A stretch of DNA of 22,664 nucleotides from Yuukianura sp. NJ FZ-2021 (GCA_046563655.1 CM102290.1:15252001-15274664), one strand, 5' to 3'; positions 9,769 to 20,726 are shown, counted from the stretch's first letter. Notes: generated from the letters alone by a model not told the origin. A program made the numbers and translations.

Positions 9769-12368
9769 ATGTCTGACAAGGAAGCGAGTAGTGAGGAGAA
9801 CCCGAAGAGACAGCGGTTAGAAGACGACCAGTCCGAAGCAACAATCACCCCAGAAAGTCAAGTGACTGATGAAAATGTGAGTAAAGGTCAAGAGTCTTCA
9901 GACGATGAGTTCATTGGACCTCAGCCAGTCACGGAACAGGATCCACACAAATCGGAGAAAGTCAAGCGGAAGAAAGGTGAGTCAAACTACGATAACATTT
10001 CAAAACAAATCCTAAGTGTCCGATTTTATTTTCAGTTCTTCCCTATGACAAGCTATACCTCGATAACCTTCCAGATGCAGACTACTACGAAAAGAGTTTT
10101 ATGCATCGAGAGCCATTGTCTCACATAGCAGTTACAAAGCAAGTCAAATACATCTCAATCCCAAGTCATTCAAGGTTCAATTTTTATTAATAATTTGTTA
10201 TTTTTTTCAGAACTGACTTCCTCATTACTGCCAGTTGTGAAGTTGTGATGGTCACATCAAGTTCTGGAAAAAACAGGAATTGGGCATACAGTTTGTCAAA
10301 CACTTTTGACCTCACTTAGGAAATATCCAAGACATTTCAGTCAACTCTACCGGGACTCAGCCTCAATTTCCAATGACAAAAGCCTCAAGGTCTTCGATGT
10401 TGTCAACTTCGGTAAGTTTCGCTTTTACAACTTAGATTTCATGAAATTACTAGCATGCTACTAATGAAAGGTTTGTTTTGTAGATACTATGATCAACACG
10501 TTCAAATTGGACTTTGTACCGCAAGCATGCGAATGGATCCATCGTTCTGGAGATGCAGTTGTGCTCTGGCAGTGTATGATTTAAAGTCATTGATTTTATT
10601 ACAAATTACCAGCTAATTCAATTAATACTAACCTAATTGATTAATTTCAAATGTTTCTAACCCTGTTCTAGGTCTCATGCTGACTCCAATCTGATTTACA
10701 TTTTTGACGGACACGGAGGGAAGGAACCTCTGCGCATTCAGGATAAAATCCATAGTCTACCAGTGACTATCATCAAGTACGCTCCAAAGTTAGACGCCGT
10801 CAACTCCGTGGATGTCCAGGGAATGGTTGAGTACTGGACATGATCCAAGACACAATTTGCATTCCCAGCCAACCTTCACTTTCGTTCCAAACTGGACACG
10901 GACTTGTTTGAATTTGTCTCCAACAAGTTGAAAGTCTGTTGCTTGGCAATTTCACCAAACGAAAAGTACTTTGCTACTCTCACTTCTGATCGAAGAGTAA
11001 GTATCTAAATCCCTATCTTAATTATCTTATCGTAGACTTATCCTAATTATCTTGTTATCTTAGACTTAACTTTGTGATTATCTCTCCAGGTCTGTCTGTT
11101 CCACCTTCTGACTGGGAAGTTAGTTCGAGTATTTGACGAAGACTTGCCGCAGATTCTTGAGCATCAAGCCAAGGCTCAGCTCATCCCGACCATGGAATTC
11201 GGAAGACGCATGGCTGTGGAACGGGATTTAGAAAACAACAACACTTTAAAAGAGACGAACATGCTGTTTGCCGACAGTTCCAACTTCCTCCTCTACCCCA
11301 CCGTCCTTGGCATCAAAGTGGTCAACATCGTCACCAACAAGTTGGAACGTCTCATTGGGAACTCAGAAAACCTTCGATTCCTGCGTCTCGCTCTCTTTCA
11401 AGGGAAACCCAAGAAGAACCTTGGAGTTCCCACACTGGAGCTAAAATCCAGCACTGGGCTCTGTTCTTCCAGACCCAACTCTTTTCTGCACAGCCTACAA
11501 GAAGAATCGCTTCTATCTCTTCTCGAGATGGAAGCATGAGTGAACAAGGATGTGTTCAACGAAAAACCAACCAAAGAAGATATCATCTCTGCCACAGACA
11601 CAGCTGGTAAGATAACATGAAGTGGACAAAGCATTTATCTCAGCTTATCCTAACTTTATCTCAGGTTTATCCTAACCTTATCTTTCTTTTTTGAAGCTAC
11701 TAAGAAGATTTTCGAGACTGCTGTGATGCACACGACGAAGGGTGACATTCATATCAAGCTGTTCGTGAAGGAGTGTCCCAAATCAGCTGAGAATTTTTGT
11801 GTGCATAGGTTAGACCTAACCTGCATGCGAAGAATGGGTACTACAATGGGAACATCTTCGATCACGTCATCAACTCTAATTCATGATCCAAACAGGAGAC
11901 CCTTCAGGTTCTAACTAAAAACTAAAACTAAAGTTACTGAAACGGAATTTGACCTGTGACCTTGAACTTTTGTTTGTCGTAGGAATTGGAACTGGTGGTG
12001 GAGAGAGTATTTGGGGAGGGAGTTCGAAGACGAGTTTCATCCAAGTTTAAGACATGATCGACCGTACACGCTGAGCATGGCCAATGCCGGTCCAAACACA
12101 AATGGATCCCAGTTCTTCATCAACCTCACACCCACCGTAAAGTTATACACATCCACTTTTTTCAATTTTTCCATATTAAACAAGCGAAGGTGACTGATTG
12201 GTTGTTTATTTTTGGCTTAGCTTTGGCTGGACAACAAGCACACTATCTTTGGCAGAGTGACACGCGGAATGGAGACTGTCCAGTCCATCTCCCTCGTAAG
12301 ACTAACTCCAAGACAGACAAGCCCTGCGAGGCGACGACGTCTCCATCATCAACATCTCTCTCAAATAA
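9769..12368 (+). pseudogene. PPWD1: Peptidylprolyl isomerase domain and WD-repeat protein 1, full-length unprocessed pseudogene
   Basis: Exons about 9769-9976, 10036-10138, 10211-10411, 10484-10573, 10672-10996, 11090-11606, 11697-11907, 11983-12136, 12221-12368. Motifs: [80 protein letters not shown]. In-frame TGA at 10307 and 10841. Frameshifts near 10241, 10358, 10560, 11445, 11530, 11807, 11877, 12018, 12297, 12331. Cyclophilin FHRVI reads FDHVI (catalytic Arg lost). Confidence 0.93.
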
Positions 12369-12587
12369 AATGTCCAGTATTTTACACAAACTTTATTTCT
12401 GAACCTCCTCATCAAAAAACGAAACACAAGAGATATGAATTAATTAATCGTTGTAGAATGGAGTGAGGTACAAAAAGTAACTAAATTAGCGTTGACGCTA
12501 AAAAGTTGATGAGTTTTGAGACACTTCCGACACCGATTTAGGAATATGAAGACTATGCGCAGTCCATTGCGCAGAATGTATAGATTA

Positions 12588-12828
12588 TTAAGCTTTAGTC
12601 ATCGCTCCTGGAAGAAAAGAGAGGTCAAGGTCAGCATTTACCAAATGAAGCTTGCAGCTAGTTGGAAATTGTTAATTAGGTTAAGTTTGACCTAACCAAG
12701 TGTGTTGGTTGTGTTAAACTTGAGCCTAAAAAGCTTACGGTGGGGGATTACTTCGTTGATACTCAGGCAGGGAGGTTGTGTAGTCCCGCTTCGGCTGGAA
12801 CAAGTCAGCTTCGTTTAGTACCATGTAT
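12588..12828 (-). other. Candidate last two exons of an unidentified gene (5' part missing)
   Basis: AG-[12828-12739]-GTAAGC, 81-bp intron, TAG-[12657-12588, TAA]. Phases match, giving YMVLNEADLFQPKRDYTTSLPEYQRSNPPPCKLHLVNADLDLSFLPGAMTKA*. Minus-strand AATAAA at 12397-12392. Product not recognised. Confidence 0.4.
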
Positions 12829-12961
12829 CTGCATTTCCAATTTCAATTAATTATTAGTGATTTTCATCACTTTTACCATAAAAAATTAAATGCCACTCTT
12901 TTCGTTGTGTAGAATCAAGTTTACTATGAAAAAATTGACTGTTTAGATTTTTCACTTCACC

Positions 12962-13419
12962 GATTTTTTCACTAAAGATATGTTCACACTCTGTCAAAAA
13001 TTTGTCATTTGAGATTTTTTTGCACTAAAGTCGTATTTACACTGTGAAACAAAAATTTGAAATTTGAGATTTTATGCACTAAAGCCGTATTTCCACTGTG
13101 AAACAAAAATTTGAAATTTGAGATTTTATGCACTAAAGCCGTATTTACACTGTGAAACAAAAATTTGAAATTTGAGATTTTTTTTCCACTAAAGGCATCT
13201 TCAAACAGTTACAAAAACAAAGTTGAGATTTTTTTTCACTAAAGGCATCGTCATACAGTTGCAAAAACAAGGTTGAGATTTTTTTCACTAAAGGCATCTT
13301 CATACAGTCACAAAAACAAAGTTGAGATTTTTTTTCACTAAAGGCATCTTCATACAGTTACAAAAACAAAGTTGAGATTTTTTCACTAAAAGCATCTACA
13401 TACAGTGACAAAAGAAGTT
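12962..13419. repeat. Minisatellite array A, about 9 units of 49-55 bp in two subtypes
   Basis: GAGAT anchor at 13011, 13066, 13120, 13174 (54-55 bp spacing), then 13225, 13275, 13324, 13374 (about 50 bp; GAGATTTTTTTTCACTAAAGGCATCTTCATACAGTTACAAAAACAAAGTT). Confidence 0.92.
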
Positions 13420-13697
13420 AGTCTTCAGGACTTGGACCACAAAATGGAGGAACTTGGCCAAAAACTTACTCACAGGCCTGGTGACTATGTGCCAATTGTA
13501 AGGTTTAACATTTATTTGGAAATACGTCGAAAACGATTGGAAATCGATACATTTTTGTTTGTTTTCAGTTTGAAGCAGCAGCAACGGAAGTTGCAGAGGA
13601 AGTCACTTATCCACCACCCTTCGGAAAAGAAATTGCCAACCCAATCCAGGTCATGCTATCGTCCTCCGCAAATTCATCCCAGTTTTGCTATGTCAAG
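13414..13697 (+). pseudogene. MCM5: Two-exon N-terminal fragment of DNA replication licensing factor MCM5
   Basis: Exons 13414-13497 and 13569-13697 (GT-AG intron; donor GTAAGA follows) give EVSLQDLDHKMEELGQKLTHRPGDYVPI/FEAAATEVAEEVTYPPPFGKEIANPIQVMLSSSANSSQFCYVK. This matches the MCM5 pattern EV..EDL...P...E.AA.EVA.EVT.PRP.GEE....IQVML. No start codon and no ATPase domain. Confidence 0.8.
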
Positions 13698-13735
13698 GTA
13701 AGAAAAATTGCAATTAGTTCAATTGCTTCCAGATT

Positions 13736-15508
13736 AACTTATGATGCCATCATACTAATGGACATTGGAATTTTTGAATTTCTTAACTTATGATGTCTTC
13801 ATACTAATGGAAATTAGAATTTTTGAATTTCTAAACTTATGATGTCTTCATACAAAATGGAAATTAGAATTTTTGAATTTCTTAACTTATGATGTCTTCA
13901 TACAAAATGGAAATTAGAATTTTTGAATTTCTTAACTTATGATGTATTCATACTAAATGGAAATTAGAATTTTTGAATTTCTTAACTTATGATGTTTTCA
14001 TACTAAATGGAAATTAGAATTTTTGAATTTCTTAACTTATGATGTCTTCATACTAAATGGAAATTAGAATTTTTGAATTTCTTAACTTATGATGTCTTCA
14101 TACACATCAAAATTGGAATTTTTGAATTTCTCAAGTTATGATGTCTTCATACAGATGAAAATTGGAATTTTTGAATTTCTCAAGTTGTGATGTCTTCATA
14201 CACATCAAAATTGGAATTTTTTAATTTCTCAACTTATGATGTCTTCATACACATCAAAATTGGAATTTTTTAATTTCTCAACTTATGATGTCTTCATACA
14301 CATCAAAATTGGAATTTTTTAATTTCTCAACTTATGATGTCTTCATACACATCAAAATTGGAATTTTTAATTTCTCAACTTATGATGTCTTCATACACAT
14401 CAAAATTGGAAATTTTTTAATTTCTCAACTTATGATGTCTTCATACACATCAAAATTGGAAATTTTTTAATTTCTCAACTTATGATGTCTTCATACACAT
14501 CAAAATTGGAATTTTTTAATTTCTCAACTTATGATGTCTTCATACACATCAAAATTGGAATTTTTTAATTTCTCAACTTATGATGTCTTCAAACAGACAT
14601 TGGAATTTTTAATTTCTCAACTTATGATGTCTTCATACAGATAGTGGAATTTTTGAATTTCTCAAGTTATGATGTCTTCATACAGATGAAAATTGGAATT
14701 TTTTAATTTCTCAACTTATGATGTCTTCATACACATCAAAATTGAAATTTTTTAATTTCTCAACTTAATGATGTCTTCATACACATCAAGATTGGAATTT
14801 TTTAATATCTCAACTTATGATGTCTTCATACACATCAAGATTGGAATTTTTTAATATCTCAACTTATGATGTCTTCATACACATCAAGATTGGAATTTTT
14901 TAATATCTCAACTTATGATGTCTTCATACATCAAAATTGGAATTTTTTAATTTATCAACTTATGATGTCTTCACAGTGATGAAAATTGGAATTTTTTAAT
15001 TTATCAACTTATGATGTCTTCACAGTGATGAAAATTGGAATTTTTTAATTTATCAACTTATGATGTCTTCACAGTGATGAAAATTGGAATTTTTTAATTT
15101 CTCAACTTATGATGTCTTCACAGTGATGAAAATTGGAATTTTTTAATTTCTCAACTTATGATGTCTTCACAGTGATGAAAATTGGAATTTTTTAATTTCT
15201 CAACTTATGATGTCTTCACAGTGATGAAAATTGGAATTTTTTAATTTCTCAACTTATGATGTCTTCACAGTGATGAAAATTGGAATTTTTTAATTTCTCA
15301 ACTTATGATGTCTTCACAGTGATGAAAATTGGAAGTTTTTTAATTTCTCAACTTATGATGTCTTCACAGTGATGAAAATTGGAATTTTTTAATTTCTCAA
15401 CTTATGATGTCTTCACAGTGATGAAAATTGGAATTTTTTAATTTCTCAACTTATGATGTCTTCACAGTGATGAAAATTGGAAGTTCTGAATTTCTCAACT
15501 TATGATGT
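13736..15508. repeat. Minisatellite array B, about 36 copies of a ~49-bp unit
   Basis: Unit AACTTATGATGTCTTCATACACATCAAAATTGGAATTTTTTAATTTCTC, head-to-tail, no unique spacers. Confidence 0.97.
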
Positions 15509-15514
15509 TAGTTG

Positions 15515-16380
15515 CGACTCCAAACCCCTCAGTTTCAACTTAAAATGGAAGTCCATATAAGCCCTTCATTTCAACTCAAAATGGAAGTCTGAATTGGACC
15601 TAAAATGGGACTTCGAAATGGAAGCGACTCCAAACCCCTCAGTTTTAATTCAAAATTTAAGTCCAAGTAAGACTTAGCCCTTCATTTCAACGTAAAATGA
15701 AAGTCAAAATGGGACTTCAAAATGGACGTCCAAAAGGGACTTCAAAATGGAAGTCGAAATGGGACTCCTAAAGGGGTTAGTTTCAACTCAAAATAGATTT
15801 CAAAATGGGACTCCAAAATGGACGTCCAATTAGGACTCCCAAAGGTGTTACTTTCAACTCAATACGGGATTCCAAAATGGAAGTCAAAATAAGACTCCAA
15901 AATGGAATTCAAAATAAGACTCCAAAATGGAACTCGAAATGGGACTCAGAAAGCTATTTCAACTCAAAATGGAAGTCCAATTGGGACTCCCAAATGGAAG
16001 TCCAAATGGGACTCCCAAATGGAAGTCCAAATGGGACTCCAAAATGGACGTCCAATTAGGACTCCCAAAGGGTTTATTTTTAACTCAAAATCGGATTCCA
16101 AAATGGAAGTCAAAATGGGACTCCAAAATGGATGTCAAAATGGGACTCCAAAATGGATGTCAAAATGGGACTCCCAAAGCACTGTCCCAATTTAAACTCC
16201 AAATGGAATCCTAAAGTCGACTCCCAATGCCCTCTCAATTTTATTCCCAAGTGGAAGTAGAAATTGGAGTCCGAAAGCACTGTCCCAATTTCAAACAAAA
16301 TGAAGTCCAAATGGGACTTCAAAACGGAAGTCCAAATGGGACTCCAAACGTCTCAGTTTCAACTTAAAATGGAGGTCGAA
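15515..16380. repeat. Degenerate array C of 10-12-bp subunits (AAATGGGACTCC / AAATGGAAGTCC) with larger duplicated blocks
   Basis: Alternating AAATGGAAGTC and AAATGGGACTC, punctuated by TTTCAACTCAAAAT. GCGACTCCAAACCCCTCAGTTT occurs at about 15515 and 15624. Confidence 0.88.
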
Positions 16381-16405
16381 ATAGGTGAAAATAAATTTTT
16401 TAATT

Positions 16406-16615
16406 TTTAAATTTTTGGAAAAAAGTTTTTCTTTTAAGGTAATTACATACTGTAATGGAAGAATTAAATTTTTGAAAAAGTTTCTCTCTTAAGGTGATTA
16501 CATACTCTGAGAATTATATTTTTGAAAAAGATTCCTTTTAAGGTGGTTACATACTGTGAGAATAAAATTTTTGAAAATGTTTCTTTCTTAAGGTGACTAC
16601 ATTCTCTGAGTATTA
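16406..16615. repeat. Minisatellite array D, 4 units of about 50 bp
   Basis: AAGGT anchor at 16436, 16491, 16540, 16590. Unit approximately TTAAGGTGATTACATACTCTGAGAATTATATTTTTGAAAAAGATTCCTTT. Confidence 0.85.
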
Positions 16616-16655
16616 AACCTACGTTGCACCTATGTCTTAAACCTATGTCTACGTT

Positions 16656-17007
16656 TCACCAGGAAGGTCGATGGACTGGACGTGCAAATTTCGACTCAGA
16701 ATACTGCGCACATCTTGAGTGAATGTCAAGGCGTCTAATACTTTAAGAAGGATGAGGAGGGTGGTAGCATCTGTGAACCAGGATTTGACCAGCATTGCAA
16801 TGGCTACAGGCACAAACCACTAGTTAGTTAAATAGTCATTTGGACTGAATCAGCTGTTGAGGTTAAGTTAGCCGGGTAAGAGCGATAAGCTCCTGGTGAG
16901 TTGTCCAGAATAAATATGGAGTTGAGACCATTGGAAATGATGGACAGATCCTTCGAGGAGGAACCCAAGTGAAGAGTGCAGTGTTGTCGCTAGTATCTCG
17001 TCTCCAG
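16656..17007 (-). pseudogene. CTDNEP1: 3' fragment of CTD nuclear envelope phosphatase 1 (dullard)
   Basis: About 17007-16872: [41 protein letters not shown]. 16803-16656: ..[30 protein letters not shown](V)[15 protein letters not shown] and DVRS.LSRNLH are CTDNEP1 hallmarks. In-frame TAG at 16992-16990, damaged splice donor, 5-bp duplication at 16672-16681. The DxDxT catalytic motif is absent. Confidence 0.87.
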
Positions 17008-19407
17008 GCTGGAGAATCTCCAGATTTAGGTTTCGAATCGGTTTCAGTGTCATTGCCTTTGCTTCCTTTTTTTACTTTCTTCACCGCCAGCATTCTCAGA
17101 CTGTTCGCTGTTCTCTCCGTTGTTAGGCCCCGTTTGTGCTGGAATCTCCACTCCCTGTAAAATGAAATGTTTCCAATCTAATTCAAATGCAAAATCCCGC
17201 TTATTTCAAAATTAACCTGAAAATAACTTGCTAAAAGCTGATCCCAATTTAGACAGGGTATCCTCTTCTGGAGCAGCAACTGTTTCCAGTGTGGCGTTCT
17301 TCTTTAAAACAGATTCTACTAGTAGAGTGAGACTGATGATTCCATTTCCGTCCAAATTGTAATGTGCTTTGACGCCTTTCACTTCAATACCATCGCCAAT
17401 ATTTTTAACACCTTTCAGATTCACTTTGGTAATGTTAGGAGTCTCGGTGGCACTAAAAACAACAAAAATGGAAATCAGCTGATACTTAAATTAACAAATT
17501 AAAAGTAAATCTTACTTGGCTTGGTGCGCTGGAACTTGCAACTCGGCGTAGCTGACGTAGAAACTGAAATCGTCTACATGCTTGTTGAATGTTCAGATCT
17601 TCTTCTGTGGATAAGGATTCATGTAAGAAAAGAAAGTTCGGCGAACAATCTTGACTGGCCGGGCGGCTCCATCTTCTCCCTCCAGTTCCCGCTCAAAATC
17701 GACCTGCAAAAGAAACATTTCATTATTTGATGACTAATTGAGCGATTTGTTTTAAAAACTTACCAAAATGGGAAAAAGAACAACCTCTTTGGTCAAAAAC
17801 TTTTTGACTTTGAATCCAGAGCAGAGATCAGCTGCTTTGTAAACGCTAAACGGCGCCCATCACTGCAGCCTCGTCCGTGTTAAGACTCTTTTCTAATTCT
17901 CGTTTCAAAACTTCAGTCAGTTTTTCCTGGACTTTTGGAATACGCGTTCCAGCTCCAACTAAAATGACTTGGTCAATGAGGTCCATTGTAACTCCAGCGG
18001 CTGTTAACGCTTGTTCAACTGGATAGTTGACACGTTCGACCAGATCTTCACATAAACTCTCAAACTCGGCACGGGTAACGGAAGTTTTGAAGTCTTGTTC
18101 ATCCAAAAGACCTTCAACCTGTAATCAAAAAGTCAGCACATTTCAAACATCTTTTTTAGAATTTAGTTCTTTCGAAGTGTTTTCATATTTTCGTGGTTGA
18201 ATCATTGACTTTAGCCTGTATGTAAAAGGAACCGAAGCGCATTCTATTACTCTTTCAGTTTGAACGGAATAACAAGTACGGAAAAAGTTGCGGTTCGAAA
18301 ATACTTCAGAAGTAGTAAAAAAAAATGAAGTAAAAACGTAGAAAAAAATTTTTGTTACCTGAGCGTAGTGATCAGCGTTAGCACTCAAAACGTTTTTGAG
18401 TCGACCGGCTTCCTTGAACAATTTGGCCAGGGCACGGTGGTTAGTAAAAACATCAGTTTCGGTCTTCTTCAGGTCATTGAAGGCCTTGCCCAGAAAATCC
18501 CTCAGCCGAAGTTGCATTTCCAGACCACCCAGTGTATGATCGTATCTGAAACCAAGTGAATCAGCTGATCATCTTATTTCTGAAAACATGATGTTCGCAG
18601 TGTAATTTCAAATTCTAGACTTACCCAACACCAAGAATTGTCAACTGTGGATTAGTTTCAACTACTCCCTTCTCCTTAGTTTTCGTCATCTGATAGCTGA
18701 TTACAGTAGCCACTGTACTGGATGCTCCCATGTCATACAAGAGAAGGTGCTGAGGAGTCTCGTTGAAGTCTTTTCAACAAAAAATACAATACTTCAAAGC
18801 ACCTAACAACATTCAAGTGTATTAAAAACGACATTCCGACGAATAAAACTATCAAAATTCAAATATTTTGTGAGAGATTACTGACCGTGGTTGCGTTTAT
18901 GAGGTGAAGAACATTGATATCCGCCAATTCGGATGCGTGCAGAACTGCTCGTCTTTCGGCTTGGTTGAAATAAGGTGGAACGGTGATGAGTGCTTCCTTG
19001 ACCGGTTGACTAGCAAACTCCTGAGCATAGTCAGACGCTTGGCTTAGAATCATTCCAACTCCAAGGAGTTCCTCAGATGAATAAAATAATAAAAAGGTTC
19101 ACTACAAACAGATAAATCAGTAATATCATCAATCAGCTGTTATCGATTTAGGTTACGGTACCTGTCATGTTGAAAAAGAACTGTCCCACGGTCAGGATCA
19201 GGAACTAAGTTGTAGTAAGGAAATCTCTTTTTGATAAAGCTCTACAATTGGATTATCAATCTTCTTTACCAAGAGATCCAAGAAGTAAACGTAAGCATTG
19301 GATGGGAAACGAACTACTACGTTCAGTGCATCGTCTCCAATGAGCCGCTCATTGTCACGGAACGATACGGTAACTGGTGTTTTCCGCTTTGACTTGGGCA
19401 CTCCAGG
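17008..19407 (-). pseudogene. HYOU1: Hypoxia up-regulated protein 1 (GRP170, ER Hsp70-family), truncated at both ends
   Basis: Exons about 19407-19162, 19101-18886, 18802-18625, 18545-18359, 18118-17764, 17703-17516, 17452-17217, 17154-17008. Motifs: [62 protein letters not shown]. Stops at 18776-18774 and 17595-17593. Frameshifts near 19230, 19085, 18886, 17846, 17632. Signal-peptide exon and C-terminal part are missing. Confidence 0.92.
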
Positions 19408-19422
19408 CTATAATAAAACGTA

Positions 19423-20726
19423 TTAAGAGTCCAGCATCCTCCTCCCCTTGTCCACTTCATCCGCAACTCCTGGTTTCAAATTCACAACTTAAATGGGATT
19501 TAGAAACTTCAATTAAGATCTCTTACCCGATTTTTGGATTGTGTTTCCTGGGATTCGTTACTGTAGTGCATTTGGGAAAGAGTTTCTTCACATTCTCTCT
19601 AGTCACATCTGCATGAATGTTCGTCACGTAGAGACAAAATGGGTCAATGTGCTCAGGGTTATTCGTCACACGCGTGTCACTGTCCAGTTTCTCCTCCACC
19701 TTAGAATAAAAACAAAGTTAGATAACTATCAACCCAAGCAAGAGAATGAATGAAGATACTTGGAGGTTTTAGAATGAACTGGAAATGTTTACTTACGGTG
19801 ATATTTGAACCAGCGAATTTGACTTTCTTCAACGCCTCCACTCCCTTCTGGACGTCTGCGTCGTGCTTGAAGATGACGAGAAACTGTCTGGGTTCGACAG
19901 ATTTAGGAAAGACTGCAGTTTCGATGCCGCCATGCCACGCCTTCACAATTTGCTCTGTGATGGGAGGGTCATGCACTTTGATCAAGTACACATGACCACC
20001 ATGACCAGCTCCTGCTCCGCCTTCATTCCTCGCTCGCAGGCTCCAGCCGGTCTTGGATTAGAACCCAATTTCTAAACACAGTCACAAGTTTACCAATTGG
20101 GAAGAAAGGTAGTGGAGAAGCGTGGATTACTTACGTTAGTCAAGCGTTGGGATCGGCTCTTCTTCTGGGCTTTCTTGTGAATGTTCTTACTCTGCGCAGA
20201 AACTTTATTCAATCCTCCCTTGGCTTGATCTTTCTTCTGGAACTTGTGCTTTGGCTGTTGCGTGGCTGGAGCTTTCGGTGGCGAAGTGCCTTTCGTCACT
20301 TCCACCTTCTTTGCACCCACTGGTGGAGGAGCCACTTTCTTGTTCAAATTCTGAGGTTGAGTCTTCTGATTGTCATGCTTCTGTTCCTGTTTCGGAGGAT
20401 CTCCACCTACAGCCAAAAAACAGTTTAGGAAAGTTGATTCCAGATATCTGAAAGCAATTAACTGGTTACCTTTGCCTTGTGGCTGCTTGGGACTTTGTTG
20501 ACAACCGAAGGACTTGTTTCCTCCGAATTTATTGGGACGCTGACCTTGAGGTCCTCCAGCTCCAGGGGATTTACCTTGTTGGTTTTTCGGAAATTTGGAT
20601 GGGTATTGTTTCCCCCAACGGACTGCAAACACAAAACACAATCTTCAAGTCATAATTAAGTCAAGACTTAAGTAAGGAAGGAAAAATAGGAAAACTTACC
20701 TTTCGTTTCTCGGCTGCCATGATCAT
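19423..20726 (-). pseudogene. RRM-domain RNA-binding protein resembling painting of fourth (POF)-like proteins; disrupted and 3'-truncated
   Basis: Exons about 20726-20700, 20622-20470, 20406-20135, 20071-19797, 19699-19527. K/Q/G-rich N-terminus, then YLIKVHDPPITEQIVKAWHGGIETAVFPKSVEPRQFLVIF..LKKVKFAGSNITVEEK..PEHIDPFCLYVTNIHADVTRENVKKLFP (two RRMs). Phases require frameshifts in exons 2 and 4. The frame collapses after 19527. The RRM call is firm; the POF similarity is from recollection of insect sequences. Confidence 0.7.

Noticed and set aside
13736..15508. CRISPR-like array
   Set aside because: Units are contiguous and the variable parts repeat in blocks rather than being unique spacers. 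There are no cas genes and the context is eukaryotic.
14285..16322. ORFs 14285-14470, 15805-16059, 15902-16195, 15927-16214, 16110-16322
   Set aside because: These are translations of tandem repeats, open in several frames at once.
12723..16633. One large element bounded by AGCCTAAAAAGCTTAC (like 8119) and CACCTAT (like 8244-8250)
   Set aside because: The matches are short, no TSD is present, and the left match is equally explained as a minus-strand splice donor context.
18169..18311. Weak inverted repeat in a HYOU1 intron
   Set aside because: About 16 bp with several mismatches in AT-rich DNA, and no TSD.
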